Origin: an uncultured bacterium
Lineage (GTDB): Bacteria > Actinomycetota > Coriobacteriia > Coriobacteriales > Atopobiaceae
Reading direction: 5' to 3'
Assembly (NCBI GenBank): GCA_905214865.1
Contig: CAJMNO010000005.1
Span: 51,997 to 115,996, forward strand
Length of the DNA: 64,000 bases
Shown here: piece after piece, positions 9,561 to 20,420 of the stretch
How positions within the stretch are numbered: position 1 is the first letter of the stretch
Layout: each line of letters starts with the position of its first letter
Program-made: the position numbers and the translations under genes
Notes under the pieces: model-generated
Told to the model about the DNA's origin: nothing
Database searches by the model: none
What the model saw: only the letters and a program-made list of their open reading frames with translations

Positions 9561-10958
9561 ATGGGGCGGCGGCTCGCCGCCTGCGCGCTGTGGCTTGCCG
9601 CCTGGCAGGTCGCGAGCGTCTGCGTGGGCAGCACGCTCCTCCTCGCGGGGCCGGTCGACACCGTTCGCTCGCTCGTCTCGATCGCCCTCGACGGGAGCCT
9701 CCTCGCCATCGCCGGAACCACGTTCCTGCGTATCCTGTGCGGCTTCCTGCTCGCGTTCGTCGCGTCGCTCGCCCTGGGGTCGGTTGCCAGCTCGCATCCG
9801 CTCGTTTCCGACCTCCTCGAGCCCGGCGTCGCCGTCCTCAAGAGCACGCCCATCGTGTGCGTGATCGTGCTCCTGCTCCTGTGGCTCGGCACGGGCGTGG
9901 TCCCGGTCGCCGTGGTGTTCCTGGCGACGTTCCCGCCGCTCTACTTCTGCGTGCGCGACTCGCTGCGCCAGGTCGACCGCGACCTCACGGCGTTCCTCCG
10001 CGTCATGCGCGTCCCCCGGTGGCGCGTCGCCCTCGCGCACGTGTGGCCGCAGATTCTGCCCTACGTGATCGCCACCTGCCGCAACGCCTGCGGCATGGCC
10101 TGGAAGGCGGGCGTCGCCGCGGAGCTCATCGGCACCCCCGTCCCCAGCGTGGGCGAGCGCGTGTACCAGGCCAAGGTCCTGCTCGAGACCTCCGACCTCT
10201 TTGCCTGGACCATCGTGGTCGTGCTCTCGTCCTTCGCGTGCGAGAGGTGCTTCCTCGCGCTCCTGCGCGCCTCCGGCGGCCTTGCGAAGCGGGTCGCTCT
10301 CCATGGCCTCGGGACGTCGCCCGCCCCCCGAGACGACGGCTCCTCTCCCATGGCGACCGATTGCCTGGGCGTGCGCCTGGGGGAGAGGGACGTGCTCCAC
10401 GGCCTTTCGATCGACGTTCCCGCCGGGTGCTCCGTCTGCATGCTCGACCCGTCGGGGGCCGGCAAGACCACGCTCGTCAGGGCGCTGTGCGGGCTCGTCG
10501 CACCCACGTCGGGGGCGGTCGCCCCACTGGGCCGCGTGAGCCTGGTCGAGCAGTCCCCCCGCCTGGTGGAGGACCTCGGCGCCCTGGACAACGTGCTGCT
10601 GTGCGCCGGCAGGTGGGCCAGCGGGGGAGAGGCCCGCGCCCTTCTCCTCCGGGCGGTCCCCGGCCTGGACGCGGACCTTCCCGTGCGCAGCCTCTCCGGG
10701 GGCCAGCGCAGGCGCGTGGAGCTCGTGAGGGCGCTTCTGACCTGCTCGGATGTCGTCATCCTTGACGAGCCCTTCGCCGGGCTCGACGAGGCTGCGGTCG
10801 AGGCGTGCGCAGCCATCGTGCGGGATCGCCTTGGGGGGAGGACCCTCCTCGTGGCGTCCCACGACCCCAGGGCGGCAACGCTCCTGGGTGCCACGCCGCT
10901 CCCGTCCCTCTCGCCCGAGACCCCCAGTCGAGAAACCGCAGCCGTCCGCGGGAGGTAA
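9561..10958 (+). CDS. Fused ABC transporter permease-ATPase (SsuC/TauC-type membrane domain + SsuB-type nucleotide-binding domain)
   Basis: N-terminal BPD_transp_1-type permease with 6 TM helices. C-terminal ATPase domain with Walker A 'DPSGAGKTTL', signature 'LSGGQRRRVEL', Walker B 'VVILDEPFAGLD' and H-loop 'LLVASHD'. Confidence 0.75.
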   Translation: MGRRLAACALWLAAWQVASVCVGSTLLLAGPVDTVRSLVSIALDGSLLAIAGTTFLRILCGFLLAFVASLALGSVASSHPLVSDLLEPGVAVLKSTPIVCVIVLLLLWLGTGVVPVAVVFLATFPPLYFCVRDSLRQVDRDLTAFLRVMRVPRWRVALAHVWPQILPYVIATCRNACGMAWKAGVAAELIGTPVPSVGERVYQAKVLLETSDLFAWTIVVVLSSFACERCFLALLRASGGLAKRVALHGLGTSPAPRDDGSSPMATDCLGVRLGERDVLHGLSIDVPAGCSVCMLDPSGAGKTTLVRALCGLVAPTSGAVAPLGRVSLVEQSPRLVEDLGALDNVLLCAGRWASGGEARALLLRAVPGLDADLPVRSLSGGQRRRVELVRALLTCSDVVILDEPFAGLDEAAVEACAAIVRDRLGGRTLLVASHDPRAATLLGATPLPSLSPETPSRETAAVRGR

Positions 10959-11050
10959 TCAGACGGAAACGTAGTTGGCCCTCCCCCTCGGGCAAGATGG
11001 GTAGGTGCGCACCCATACCATGCCCAGCGGTGCGCCCTAAGGAGGACACT

Positions 11051-12640
<1,590 letters not shown>

Positions 12641-12692
12641 CGGGCGAGACGACACGACCGCTCGCGCCCCGGTAATGAACGCTCGGTGAGCT

Positions 12693-12730
12693 GGGCCCCG
12701 CACCCATGGGATGCGGGGCCTACTGTTTTG
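12693..12730 (+). terminator. Rho-independent terminator after pckA
   Basis: Stem GGCCCCGCA/TGCGGGGCC followed by TACTGTTTT. Confidence 0.6.
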
Positions 12731-12795
12731 AGCCGTCCGCCCCCATGGGGGAGGGGTGGGCAGGCCCATGCGGCCACGGAAAGGAGAGGCTTTCT

Positions 12796-14625
12796 ATGGC
12801 ACGAATGCACGTAATGGAGAGAAGCGAGGAGCAGGCCATCATGGACGAGCTCCACGCGGCGGTGGGGCGGCGGCTCGCGGTGAGCTCGCTCGCACCGTGC
12901 CCCGTGGAGTTCACGATGGCGTTCGTGGACATGTGCTCAACGCAGAGCTGCGGCAAGTGCACCCCGTGCAGGGTGGGGCTCAACACGCTGCGGCACCGCC
13001 TGAGCGACGTCCTGAGGGGCAGGGCGACGATGGCCACGCTCGATGGCATCGAGCGCCTTGCCAGGACCATCTACCTGTCGAGCGACTGTGCGATAGGGTA
13101 CGAGGCGGGGGCCATGGCCCTCACGGCCATCCAGGGCTTTCGCGACGACTTCGTCCACCACGTGACCTACCACGCCTGCGGCTTCAAGCAGTCCGAGAAG
13201 GTCCCGTGCGTGTCCGGCTGCCCCGCCGGCGTGGACATCCCGGGCTACATCTCGCTCGTGAGGGCGGGTCGCAACACCGACGCCGTCCGTCTCATCCGCA
13301 AGGACAACCCGCTGCCCATGGTGTGCGGGCTGGTGTGCGAGCATCCCTGCGAGATGCACTGCCGCCGCGGCATGGTGGACGACCCCATGAACATCAGGGC
13401 CATCAAGCGCTTCGCCTGCGAGAACATGGAGTCCGACTACCGCCCCGTCATGGCGGAGCCCACGGGCAAGCGCGTCGCCGTGGTGGGAGGCGGCCCCGCG
13501 GGGCTCTCGTGCGCCTACTACCTGGCGGTCATGGGCCACAAGGTCACCATCCTCGAGGCCCGCAGGCGGCTGGGCGGCATGCTCCGCTACGGCATCCCGA
13601 GCTACCGCCTCCCGCGCGAGGAGCTCGACGGCGAGATACGGTGGATCCTCGACTGCGGCATCGAGGCGAGGACCCAGACCGAGGTCGGGGGAGACGAGCT
13701 CCAGGCGCTGCGGCGCGACTACGATGCCGTCTACCTGGCCATCGGCGCCCATGGGGACCGCAAGCTGGGGCTTCCGGGCGAGGATAGCGAGGGCGTGGAG
13801 AGCGCCGTCGCGATGCTGCGCGCCATCGGCGACGGGGACATCCCCGACTTCACGGGGCAGCGCGTGTGCGTCATCGGTGGCGGCAACGTCGCCATGGACG
13901 TGGCTCGCTCCAGCGTGAGGTGCGGCGCGAGCAAGGTCAACATCGTGTACCGCCGCCGCGTGCAGGACATGACTGCTCAGGACGAGGAGATCGCCGGGGC
14001 CGGCGAGGAGGGTTGCGAGCTCCTTGAGCTCAACGCGCCCGTCCGCATCGAGGCGGACGAGGCGGGCCGCGTGTGCGGGCTGGTCGTGCAGCCGCAGATC
14101 ATCGGCTCGTTCAAGGGCGGGCGCCCCTCTCCCCGTCCCGCGGACACGGGGGAGAGGACCATCCCCTGCGACCGCGTGATCGTCGCCATCGGCCAGGCGA
14201 TCCAGTCCGAGCCCTTCGAGGAGGCGGGCGTCGGCTGCAACCGCGGTCGCATCGTCACCGACACGGACGGGCGCGTCCCCGGGATGGACGGGGTCTTCTG
14301 CGGAGGCGACTGCCAAAGCGGCCCCGCGACCGTGATCAGGGCCATCAACGCCGGCAAGGTCGCTGCGGGCAACATCGACAACTACCTGGGCTTCGACCAC
14401 AAGGTCGGCGTGCCCGTCGACATCCCGCCCGTCGAGTTCAGGGACGTGGGCCCGTGCGGCAGGTCCGAGACCAAGTTCCGCGAGGCAAACGAGCGCCGGC
14501 ACGACTTCTGTCAGATCGAGCACGGTCTTTCGCGCGAGGAGGCGCTGCAGGAGGCCTCGCGCTGCCTGTGCTGCGACCACTTTGGATTCGGCGCGTTCCG
14601 TGGGGGGAGGGAGCTCCAGTGGTAG
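12796..14625 (+). CDS. GltD-like NAD(P)H-dependent FAD/Fe-S oxidoreductase subunit, with an N-terminal NuoF-type 4Fe-4S domain
   Basis: 'SCGKCTPCRVG' (NuoF-like cluster), 'CVSGCPAGVDIP' (GltD N-terminal clusters) and dinucleotide-binding 'VAVVGGGPAGLSCAY' / 'VCVIGGGNVAMD'. RBS AAGGAGAGG. Confidence 0.75.
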   Translation: MARMHVMERSEEQAIMDELHAAVGRRLAVSSLAPCPVEFTMAFVDMCSTQSCGKCTPCRVGLNTLRHRLSDVLRGRATMATLDGIERLARTIYLSSDCAIGYEAGAMALTAIQGFRDDFVHHVTYHACGFKQSEKVPCVSGCPAGVDIPGYISLVRAGRNTDAVRLIRKDNPLPMVCGLVCEHPCEMHCRRGMVDDPMNIRAIKRFACENMESDYRPVMAEPTGKRVAVVGGGPAGLSCAYYLAVMGHKVTILEARRRLGGMLRYGIPSYRLPREELDGEIRWILDCGIEARTQTEVGGDELQALRRDYDAVYLAIGAHGDRKLGLPGEDSEGVESAVAMLRAIGDGDIPDFTGQRVCVIGGGNVAMDVARSSVRCGASKVNIVYRRRVQDMTAQDEEIAGAGEEGCELLELNAPVRIEADEAGRVCGLVVQPQIIGSFKGGRPSPRPADTGERTIPCDRVIVAIGQAIQSEPFEEAGVGCNRGRIVTDTDGRVPGMDGVFCGGDCQSGPATVIRAINAGKVAAGNIDNYLGFDHKVGVPVDIPPVEFRDVGPCGRSETKFREANERRHDFCQIEHGLSREEALQEASRCLCCDHFGFGAFRGGRELQW

Positions 14626-16439
14626 GAAATGGCGAAGGCCTGAAGGCTGCCGACCAGAGGGCGGTCTCCACCGGGCAGGTCACGCTCACCGTGGACGGCA
14701 GGGAGGTCAGCGTCCCCGCCGGGTCCACCATCCTGGACGCGTGCCGGGAGGCGGACGCCGACGTCCCGACGCTGTGCTACCTGCGCGAGCTCAACGAGAT
14801 CGGCTCCTGCCGCGTGTGCGTGGTCGAGGTCAAGGGCTACGACCGCCTGGTCGCCTCGTGCAACAACCTCGCCGTGGACGGCATGGAGGTCCTCACCAAC
14901 AGCCCCAAGGTGAGGATGGCCCGGCGCACCAACATGGAGCTGCTCCTCTCGCAGCATGACGTGGCATGCACCACCTGCGTGAGGTCGGGCAACTGCTCGC
15001 TGCAGGAGGTCGCCAACGACCTGGGCATCGTCGACTTCGAGTACGACACCGACCTGCCGCCCAAGCGCTGGCCGCGCGACTTCCCGCTCATCAGGAACAA
15101 CCAGAAGTGCATCAAGTGCATGCGCTGCGTTCAGGTGTGCGACAAGATCCAGGCCTCCCACGTGTGGGACATCACCAACCGGGCGACGCACACGCTCGTG
15201 GACGTGGCCGGCGGCCGCGACATCCACGACGTGGACTGCACCCTGTGCGGGCAGTGCATCACCCACTGCCCGGTGGGCGCCCTGCGCGAGCGTGACGACG
15301 TCATGACCGTCTACGACGCCCTGGCAGACCCCGACGTCACCACCATCGTCCAGATTGCGCCCTCGGTGCGCACCTCCTGGGGCGACCACTGGGGCCTCAA
15401 GGGCGACGAGGCGACCGTGGAACGGCTCGTGGCGGCCCTGCGCCCCATGGGCTTCGACTACATCGTCAACACCGACTTCTCCGCCGACCTCACGATCATG
15501 GAGGAGGGCAGCGAGCTCCTGCGCCACCTCCCCAAGTCGCAGGCGGGCGGCTACCCCATGTTCACGTCGTGCTGCCCCGGCTGGGTGCGCTTCGTGAAGG
15601 CGCACTACCCCGAGCTTGTGGACGACGTCTCCACCAGCAAGAGCCCCCAGCAGATGTTTGGCGCCATCGTCAAGAGCTACTACGCCGAGTACCTGGGGCT
15701 CGACCCGCACAAGATCTTCTCGCTCTCGATCATGCCCTGCGTCGCCAAGAAGGCGGAGTGCGCCTATCCCACCATGCGGGACGCGTGCGGCGACCCGGAC
15801 GTGGACTGCGTCCTCACCGTCCGCGAGGTCGAGCGCATGCTGAGGGCCGACCACGTGGACGTGCGGGCCCTGGGGGAGGAGCCCTTCGACGAGCCCCTGG
15901 GCATCGGCACCGGCGCCGGGGTCATCTTCGGGGCCACCGGCGGCGTCATGGAGGCCGCGCTGAGGACCGCCCACTACCTGGTGACGGGGAAGGCACCCGC
16001 CGCCGACATGTTCTCGGACGTCCGAGGTCTCAGGGGCTGGAAGGAGGCCACCTTCGACCTTGCGGGAACCAAGCTGCGCGTGGCGGTCGCGAGCGGCCTT
16101 GCCAACGCGGACGCGCTCTGCAAGGCGGTCGTCGCGGGAGAGGTGTCCTACGACTTCGTGGAGGTCATGGCCTGCCCCGGCGGCTGCGTGGGCGGCGGCG
16201 GCCAGCCCATCCACGACGGGGAGGAGCTTGCGGGCGTGCGAGGCAAGGCGCTCTACGGGCTCGACAGGGTCTCCAAGTACCGCAACTCCTACGAGAACCC
16301 AGACATCGTGAGGTGCTACGAGGAGTACCTGGGAGAGCCCCTCTCGGAGAGGGCGGAGGAGCTCCTGCACACCGACCAGCACGGGTGGCTCATGCCGTCC
16401 GAGTGGATCGCGGCGGCGGAGGCGGCGCCCCAGGCGTAA
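14619..16439 (+). CDS. hydA: [FeFe]-hydrogenase catalytic subunit (HydA, H-cluster)
   Basis: N-terminal 2Fe-2S and 4Fe-4S ferredoxin domains; H-cluster motifs 'TSCCPGW', 'MPCVAKK' and 'ACPGGCVGGGGQP'. GTG start overlaps the upstream stop (translational coupling); RBS GGGAGG. Confidence 0.85.
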   Translation: MVGNGEGLKAADQRAVSTGQVTLTVDGREVSVPAGSTILDACREADADVPTLCYLRELNEIGSCRVCVVEVKGYDRLVASCNNLAVDGMEVLTNSPKVRMARRTNMELLLSQHDVACTTCVRSGNCSLQEVANDLGIVDFEYDTDLPPKRWPRDFPLIRNNQKCIKCMRCVQVCDKIQASHVWDITNRATHTLVDVAGGRDIHDVDCTLCGQCITHCPVGALRERDDVMTVYDALADPDVTTIVQIAPSVRTSWGDHWGLKGDEATVERLVAALRPMGFDYIVNTDFSADLTIMEEGSELLRHLPKSQAGGYPMFTSCCPGWVRFVKAHYPELVDDVSTSKSPQQMFGAIVKSYYAEYLGLDPHKIFSLSIMPCVAKKAECAYPTMRDACGDPDVDCVLTVREVERMLRADHVDVRALGEEPFDEPLGIGTGAGVIFGATGGVMEAALRTAHYLVTGKAPAADMFSDVRGLRGWKEATFDLAGTKLRVAVASGLANADALCKAVVAGEVSYDFVEVMACPGGCVGGGGQPIHDGEELAGVRGKALYGLDRVSKYRNSYENPDIVRCYEEYLGEPLSERAEELLHTDQHGWLMPSEWIAAAEAAPQA

Positions 16440-16455
16440 CGGGATGGAACCAAGG

Positions 16456-16493
16456 GGGGAGGGCCCGCGCGGTTTTCGCGCGGGCCCTCCCCG
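16456..16493. terminator. Perfect GC hairpin (bidirectional terminator) between the convergent hydA and pta genes
   Basis: GGGGAGGGCCCGCGCG-gttttc-CGCGCGGGCCCTCCCC. Confidence 0.6.
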
Positions 16494-16533
16494 TGTGTCT
16501 CGCCCATGAGTCTCCTGCGAGGTGCCTGCCGGC

Positions 16534-17520
16534 CTAGGCCTGCTTGGCGGCCATCTGTGCCTGGACCGCGGTGATGGCGACGACGCCCACGATGTCATCC
16601 GCCGAGCAGCCGCGGGACAGGTCGTTGACCGGCTTCGCGATGCCCTGGAGCAGGGGGCCGTACGCCTCGGCCTTGCCAAGGCGCTGGACCAGCTTGTAGC
16701 CGATGTTGCCTGCCGCGAGGTCGGGGAACACCAGGACGTTGGCGTGACCCGCGACCTTGGAGCCGGGCGCCTTGAGCGAGGCGACCTCGGGGACCAGGGC
16801 GGCGTCAAGCTGGAGCTCGCCGTCGCAGGCGAGGTCGGGGGCCTTCTCGGCAACCAGGGCAGCGGCCTGGCGCACGCGCTCGGCGGAGTCACCGCCGGCG
16901 GAACCCTTGGTGGAGTAGGAGAGGAGCGCGACCTCGGGGTCGGTGCCCATGAACGACTTCCAGGACTCCGCGGAGGCGATGGCGATCTCGGACAGTTGGT
17001 CGGCGTCAGGCGCGATGTTGAGGCCGATGTCGGAGAAGATGAAGGTGCCGTCCTGGCCAAACTCGCAGTCGGGGACGATGACCATCATGAAGCCGGACAC
17101 GAGCTTGGTCCCGGGTGCCGTCTTGAGGATCTGGAGAGCGGGGCGCAGCGTGTTGGCGGTGGAGTGGCACGCGCCGGACACCAGGCCGTCGGCGTCGCCC
17201 ATCTTCACCATCATGGTGCCGAAGTAGGTGTTGTCGTTCATCTGCTCGCGGGCCTGCTCGATGGTGACGCCCTTCTTCTTGCGGAGCTCGGCGAAGGCCT
17301 GGGCGTACTCCTCGTGCTTGTCCGACGCCCTGGGGTCGACCACGCGCGCGCCCTCGACCTTGACCTCGGTGGGGTCACCCAGGATGACCAGGTTGGCGAG
17401 ACCCTCCGCCACGATCTTCTCGGCCGCCGCGATGGTGCGCGGGTCCTCGCCCTCGGGCAGCACGATCGTCTTGCGGTCCGCCTTGGCGCTCTCTTTCATC
17501 CTCTGAAGAAAATCACTCAT
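16534..17520 (-). CDS. pta: Phosphate acetyltransferase
   Basis: 'SGACHSTANTLRPALQ' and 'GPLLQG' motifs; start at MSDFLQRMKE with RBS GGAGAGG. Confidence 0.85.
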   Translation of the reverse strand: MSDFLQRMKESAKADRKTIVLPEGEDPRTIAAAEKIVAEGLANLVILGDPTEVKVEGARVVDPRASDKHEEYAQAFAELRKKKGVTIEQAREQMNDNTYFGTMMVKMGDADGLVSGACHSTANTLRPALQILKTAPGTKLVSGFMMVIVPDCEFGQDGTFIFSDIGLNIAPDADQLSEIAIASAESWKSFMGTDPEVALLSYSTKGSAGGDSAERVRQAAALVAEKAPDLACDGELQLDAALVPEVASLKAPGSKVAGHANVLVFPDLAAGNIGYKLVQRLGKAEAYGPLLQGIAKPVNDLSRGCSADDIVGVVAITAVQAQMAAKQA

Positions 17521-17748
17521 AGAACCTCTCCTTCGTGACGCCTCCAACTGCGTGTGGACGTGCCGCCCGACCACAAAATATGCATGTCGGCTGCGTATTT
17601 GACGGCACTCTAAAACATTATAGGGCGGCGTGTTAGAATCGACTCCGTAATCGAGCCGGGGGAGCGTGTGCGCCTGCCCTCAACTCGATTTATTTATGTC
17701 CGCGTCCAGGGCCGCCCCGGGCGGTAGTCTGCATCGAAGGGAATCCAC

Positions 17749-18948
17749 ATGAGCATCGCCAAAGGGTTGCCCGAGGGCTTTAACCCCTCCGCATACGACG
17801 CAATCGTCGTCGGGGCGGGCTACGCCGGAGCGGTGTGCGCCAGGCGGCTTGCCGAGGCGTGCGGGTACAAGGTCGCCGTCCTCGAGCGTCGCGACCACAT
17901 CGCTGGCAACGCGTATGACTACTACGACGAGGCGGGCATCCTGGTCCACAAGTACGGGCCGCACATCTACCACACCTACAACGAGCGCGTGAACCAGTAC
18001 CTCTCGCGCTTCACCGACTGGGTTGACTACCAGCACAAGGTCCTGGCAAACGTTCGTGGCACCCTGATGCCGGTCCCCTTCAACCACACGTCCCTCAAGC
18101 TGGCCTTTGGCGAGGAGAAGGGCGAGCACCTGTACCAGAAGCTCGTCGCGGCCTTCGGGCAGGACAAGAAGGTCCCCATCATGGAGCTGAGGGCCAAGAA
18201 CGACCCCGAGCTCGCCGAGGTGGCCGACTACGTGTACGAGAACGTCTTTCTCCACTACACCATGAAGCAGTGGGGCAAGACGCCCGACCAGATCGACCCG
18301 GCCGTCATGGGCCGCGTCCCCGTGTTCGTGGGCGACGACGACCGCTACTTCCCGCAGGCACCCTTCCAGGGGATGCCCAAGGACGGCTACACGGCCATGT
18401 TCGACCGCATGCTCAACCACGACCTCATCTCGGTGTTCACCGGCGTCGACGCCCGCGACATCCTGCAGATGGGCGGAACGTCGGTCAAGGTCTGCGGCCA
18501 GCCGTTTGGCGGAGAGGTGATCTACACCGGCGCCCTGGACGAGCTCTTTGGCATGGACCTTGGCGCGCTCCCGTACCGCACGGTCGACATGGTGTTCGAG
18601 ACCTTGCCCGTCGATCAGTTCCAGCCCGTGGGGACCGTCAACTACACCGTGTCCGAGAACTTCACCCGCATCACGGAGTTCAAGAACATGACCGGCCAGG
18701 TCGTGCCGGGCAAGACCACCATCATGCGCGAGTACTCCCGCACCTACCTGCCCGGCATGGGCGAGACGCCCTACTACGTCATCAACGAGCCGCAGAACAT
18801 CGAGCTGTACCGCAAGTACCTCGAGCGCGTCTCGGGCGTCCTCAACTTCCACGTGGTCGGACGTCTCGCCGAGTACCGCTACTACGACATGGACGGCGTC
18901 GTGGCCTCCGCGCTCGAGCTCTCGGACGAGATCATCGGAAACCACTAG
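17749..18948 (+). CDS. glf: UDP-galactopyranose mutase
   Basis: 'YDAIVVGAGYAG' FAD-binding motif and 'VHKYGPHIYHT'. Confidence 0.85.
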   Translation: MSIAKGLPEGFNPSAYDAIVVGAGYAGAVCARRLAEACGYKVAVLERRDHIAGNAYDYYDEAGILVHKYGPHIYHTYNERVNQYLSRFTDWVDYQHKVLANVRGTLMPVPFNHTSLKLAFGEEKGEHLYQKLVAAFGQDKKVPIMELRAKNDPELAEVADYVYENVFLHYTMKQWGKTPDQIDPAVMGRVPVFVGDDDRYFPQAPFQGMPKDGYTAMFDRMLNHDLISVFTGVDARDILQMGGTSVKVCGQPFGGEVIYTGALDELFGMDLGALPYRTVDMVFETLPVDQFQPVGTVNYTVSENFTRITEFKNMTGQVVPGKTTIMREYSRTYLPGMGETPYYVINEPQNIELYRKYLERVSGVLNFHVVGRLAEYRYYDMDGVVASALELSDEIIGNH

Positions 18949-18983
18949 GCACACAACCGAGTACAGAGGCACCAGGTCAACAC

Positions 18984-20018
18984 ATGCAGAAGACCATCAC
19001 GTTCGGCATCCCGTGCTACAACTCCTCCGAGTACATGGACCATTGCGTCACGTCCATCCTGGAGGGGTCGGACTACGCGGACGACGTGCAGATCGTCATC
19101 GTGGACGACGGGTCCACCAAGGACGACACGCTCCAGAAGGCACTCGACTGGCAGAGGCGCTATCCCGAGATCATCCAGGCCGTGCACCAGGAGAACGGCG
19201 GCCACGGCATCGCCGTCCTCAAGGCGCTGGAGCACGCGGAGGGCGCCTACTTCAAGATCGTCGACTCCGACGACTGGGTTGACGGCGACGCCCTGCGGGT
19301 CCTCCTCGAGCGCCTGAGGATGTTCGTCGACTACGAGACCAGGGTCGACCTCGTGGTCACCAACTACGTGTACGAGCACGTGGCCGAGGGCAAGCAGAAG
19401 GTCGTCGACTACGGGTTCGCGCTCCCCAAGGGCAAGATCATCACCTGGAAGAGCATCGGGCACTTCAACATGGCCCAGAACCTGCTGATGCATGCCCTGT
19501 GCTACCGCACCGAGGTCCTGCGCGACGGCGGGCTGCCCATGCCCGCCCACACGTTCTACGTGGACAACATCTACGCCTACGTGCCCCTGCCGCGCTGCCA
19601 GACGCTCTACTACCTGGACGTCGACCTGTACCGCTACTTCATCGGGCGTGATGACCAGAGCGTCAACGAGGACCTGCTCGTCTCGCGCGTGGACCAGCAG
19701 CTCAGGGTCACGCGCGTCATGATGCACGCATACCACCTGTACGACGACATCGACACGCGGGAGCTGCGCGACTACATGATCGGGCACTTCACCCTCATGA
19801 TGGCGGCGTGCTCCATCTTCTCCAAGCTGTCCAAGGATCCCCAGGCAGAGCCTCGGCTCGAGGAGCTGTGGGAGGAGCTGAGGCAGTACGACCGTCGCAT
19901 GTACCGTCGTGCGCGCCATGGCCTCGTGGGGACCGCCATGAACTTCACCGGCGAGGGTGGCAAGAAGGCCACGATCATCATCTATCGCGTTGCCCAGAAG
20001 CTCGTCAAGTTCAACTAG
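18984..20018 (+). CDS. Family-2 glycosyltransferase (probable galactofuranosyltransferase partner of glf)
   Basis: 'FGIPCYNSSEYM' and 'IVIVDDGSTKDD' GT-A motifs, 'DSDDWVD' (DxD). Confidence 0.7.
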   Translation: MQKTITFGIPCYNSSEYMDHCVTSILEGSDYADDVQIVIVDDGSTKDDTLQKALDWQRRYPEIIQAVHQENGGHGIAVLKALEHAEGAYFKIVDSDDWVDGDALRVLLERLRMFVDYETRVDLVVTNYVYEHVAEGKQKVVDYGFALPKGKIITWKSIGHFNMAQNLLMHALCYRTEVLRDGGLPMPAHTFYVDNIYAYVPLPRCQTLYYLDVDLYRYFIGRDDQSVNEDLLVSRVDQQLRVTRVMMHAYHLYDDIDTRELRDYMIGHFTLMMAACSIFSKLSKDPQAEPRLEELWEELRQYDRRMYRRARHGLVGTAMNFTGEGGKKATIIIYRVAQKLVKFN

Positions 20019-20039
20019 TCGATGCTGATGCTGCGACTC

Positions 20040-20420
20040 CGCGGTGTCGATGCCCCAGGCCTTTCGGAAGGCCCCGCGTATCAGCAATCGAACCATTGCG
20101 ACCGGAGCCCGATGTGAGCGCATCCCCTTCCCTGGCGCGCTCGGCTGTTCCTTGCTTGCCCTGCTGGCAGTCCGCCAGAGTACCAGCCTTGGCAAAAGCC
20201 GCCCGATGTGAGCGCTCACATCGGGCTTTCGTTGCCATTCATGCCCGAAACGGCGGCGGGATGGCAGGGAACTCCCGATGTGAGTGCAATTATCGGGCTT
20301 TCGTTGCCATCGGTGGGTGGGTCCAGGGACTGTCCACTGCGTCACCTGCGCAAACGTCGGGATGCCTCAGCCGGATGTCGACGAGCCAGCCCTCAGACTG
20401 CTCACATCGGGCATCCGCCG
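20040..20420. repeat. Cluster of short direct and inverted repeats in the 620-bp convergent spacer (motif CCCGATGTGAG in both orientations, 4 copies; two 37-bp direct repeats CCCGATGTGAG-N7-ATCGGGCTTTCGTTGCCAT at 20202 and 20274)
   Basis: Read directly. Copies at ~20108, 20202, 20274 and 20400 (the last inverted). Confidence 0.6.
20202..20225. repeat. 24-bp perfect palindrome CCCGATGTGAGC|GCTCACATCGGG (core TGTGAGCGCTCACA)
   Basis: Read directly. The core is identical to the centre of the symmetric lac-type operator. Confidence 0.8.

Noticed and set aside
20085-20106. tRNA T-arm-like fragment (rc: GCAATGGTTCGATTGC) that could mark an integration site
   Set aside because: The loop is only 6 nt and no acceptor, D or anticodon arms can be built around it. 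No integrase or direct repeat of a tRNA 3' end is nearby.
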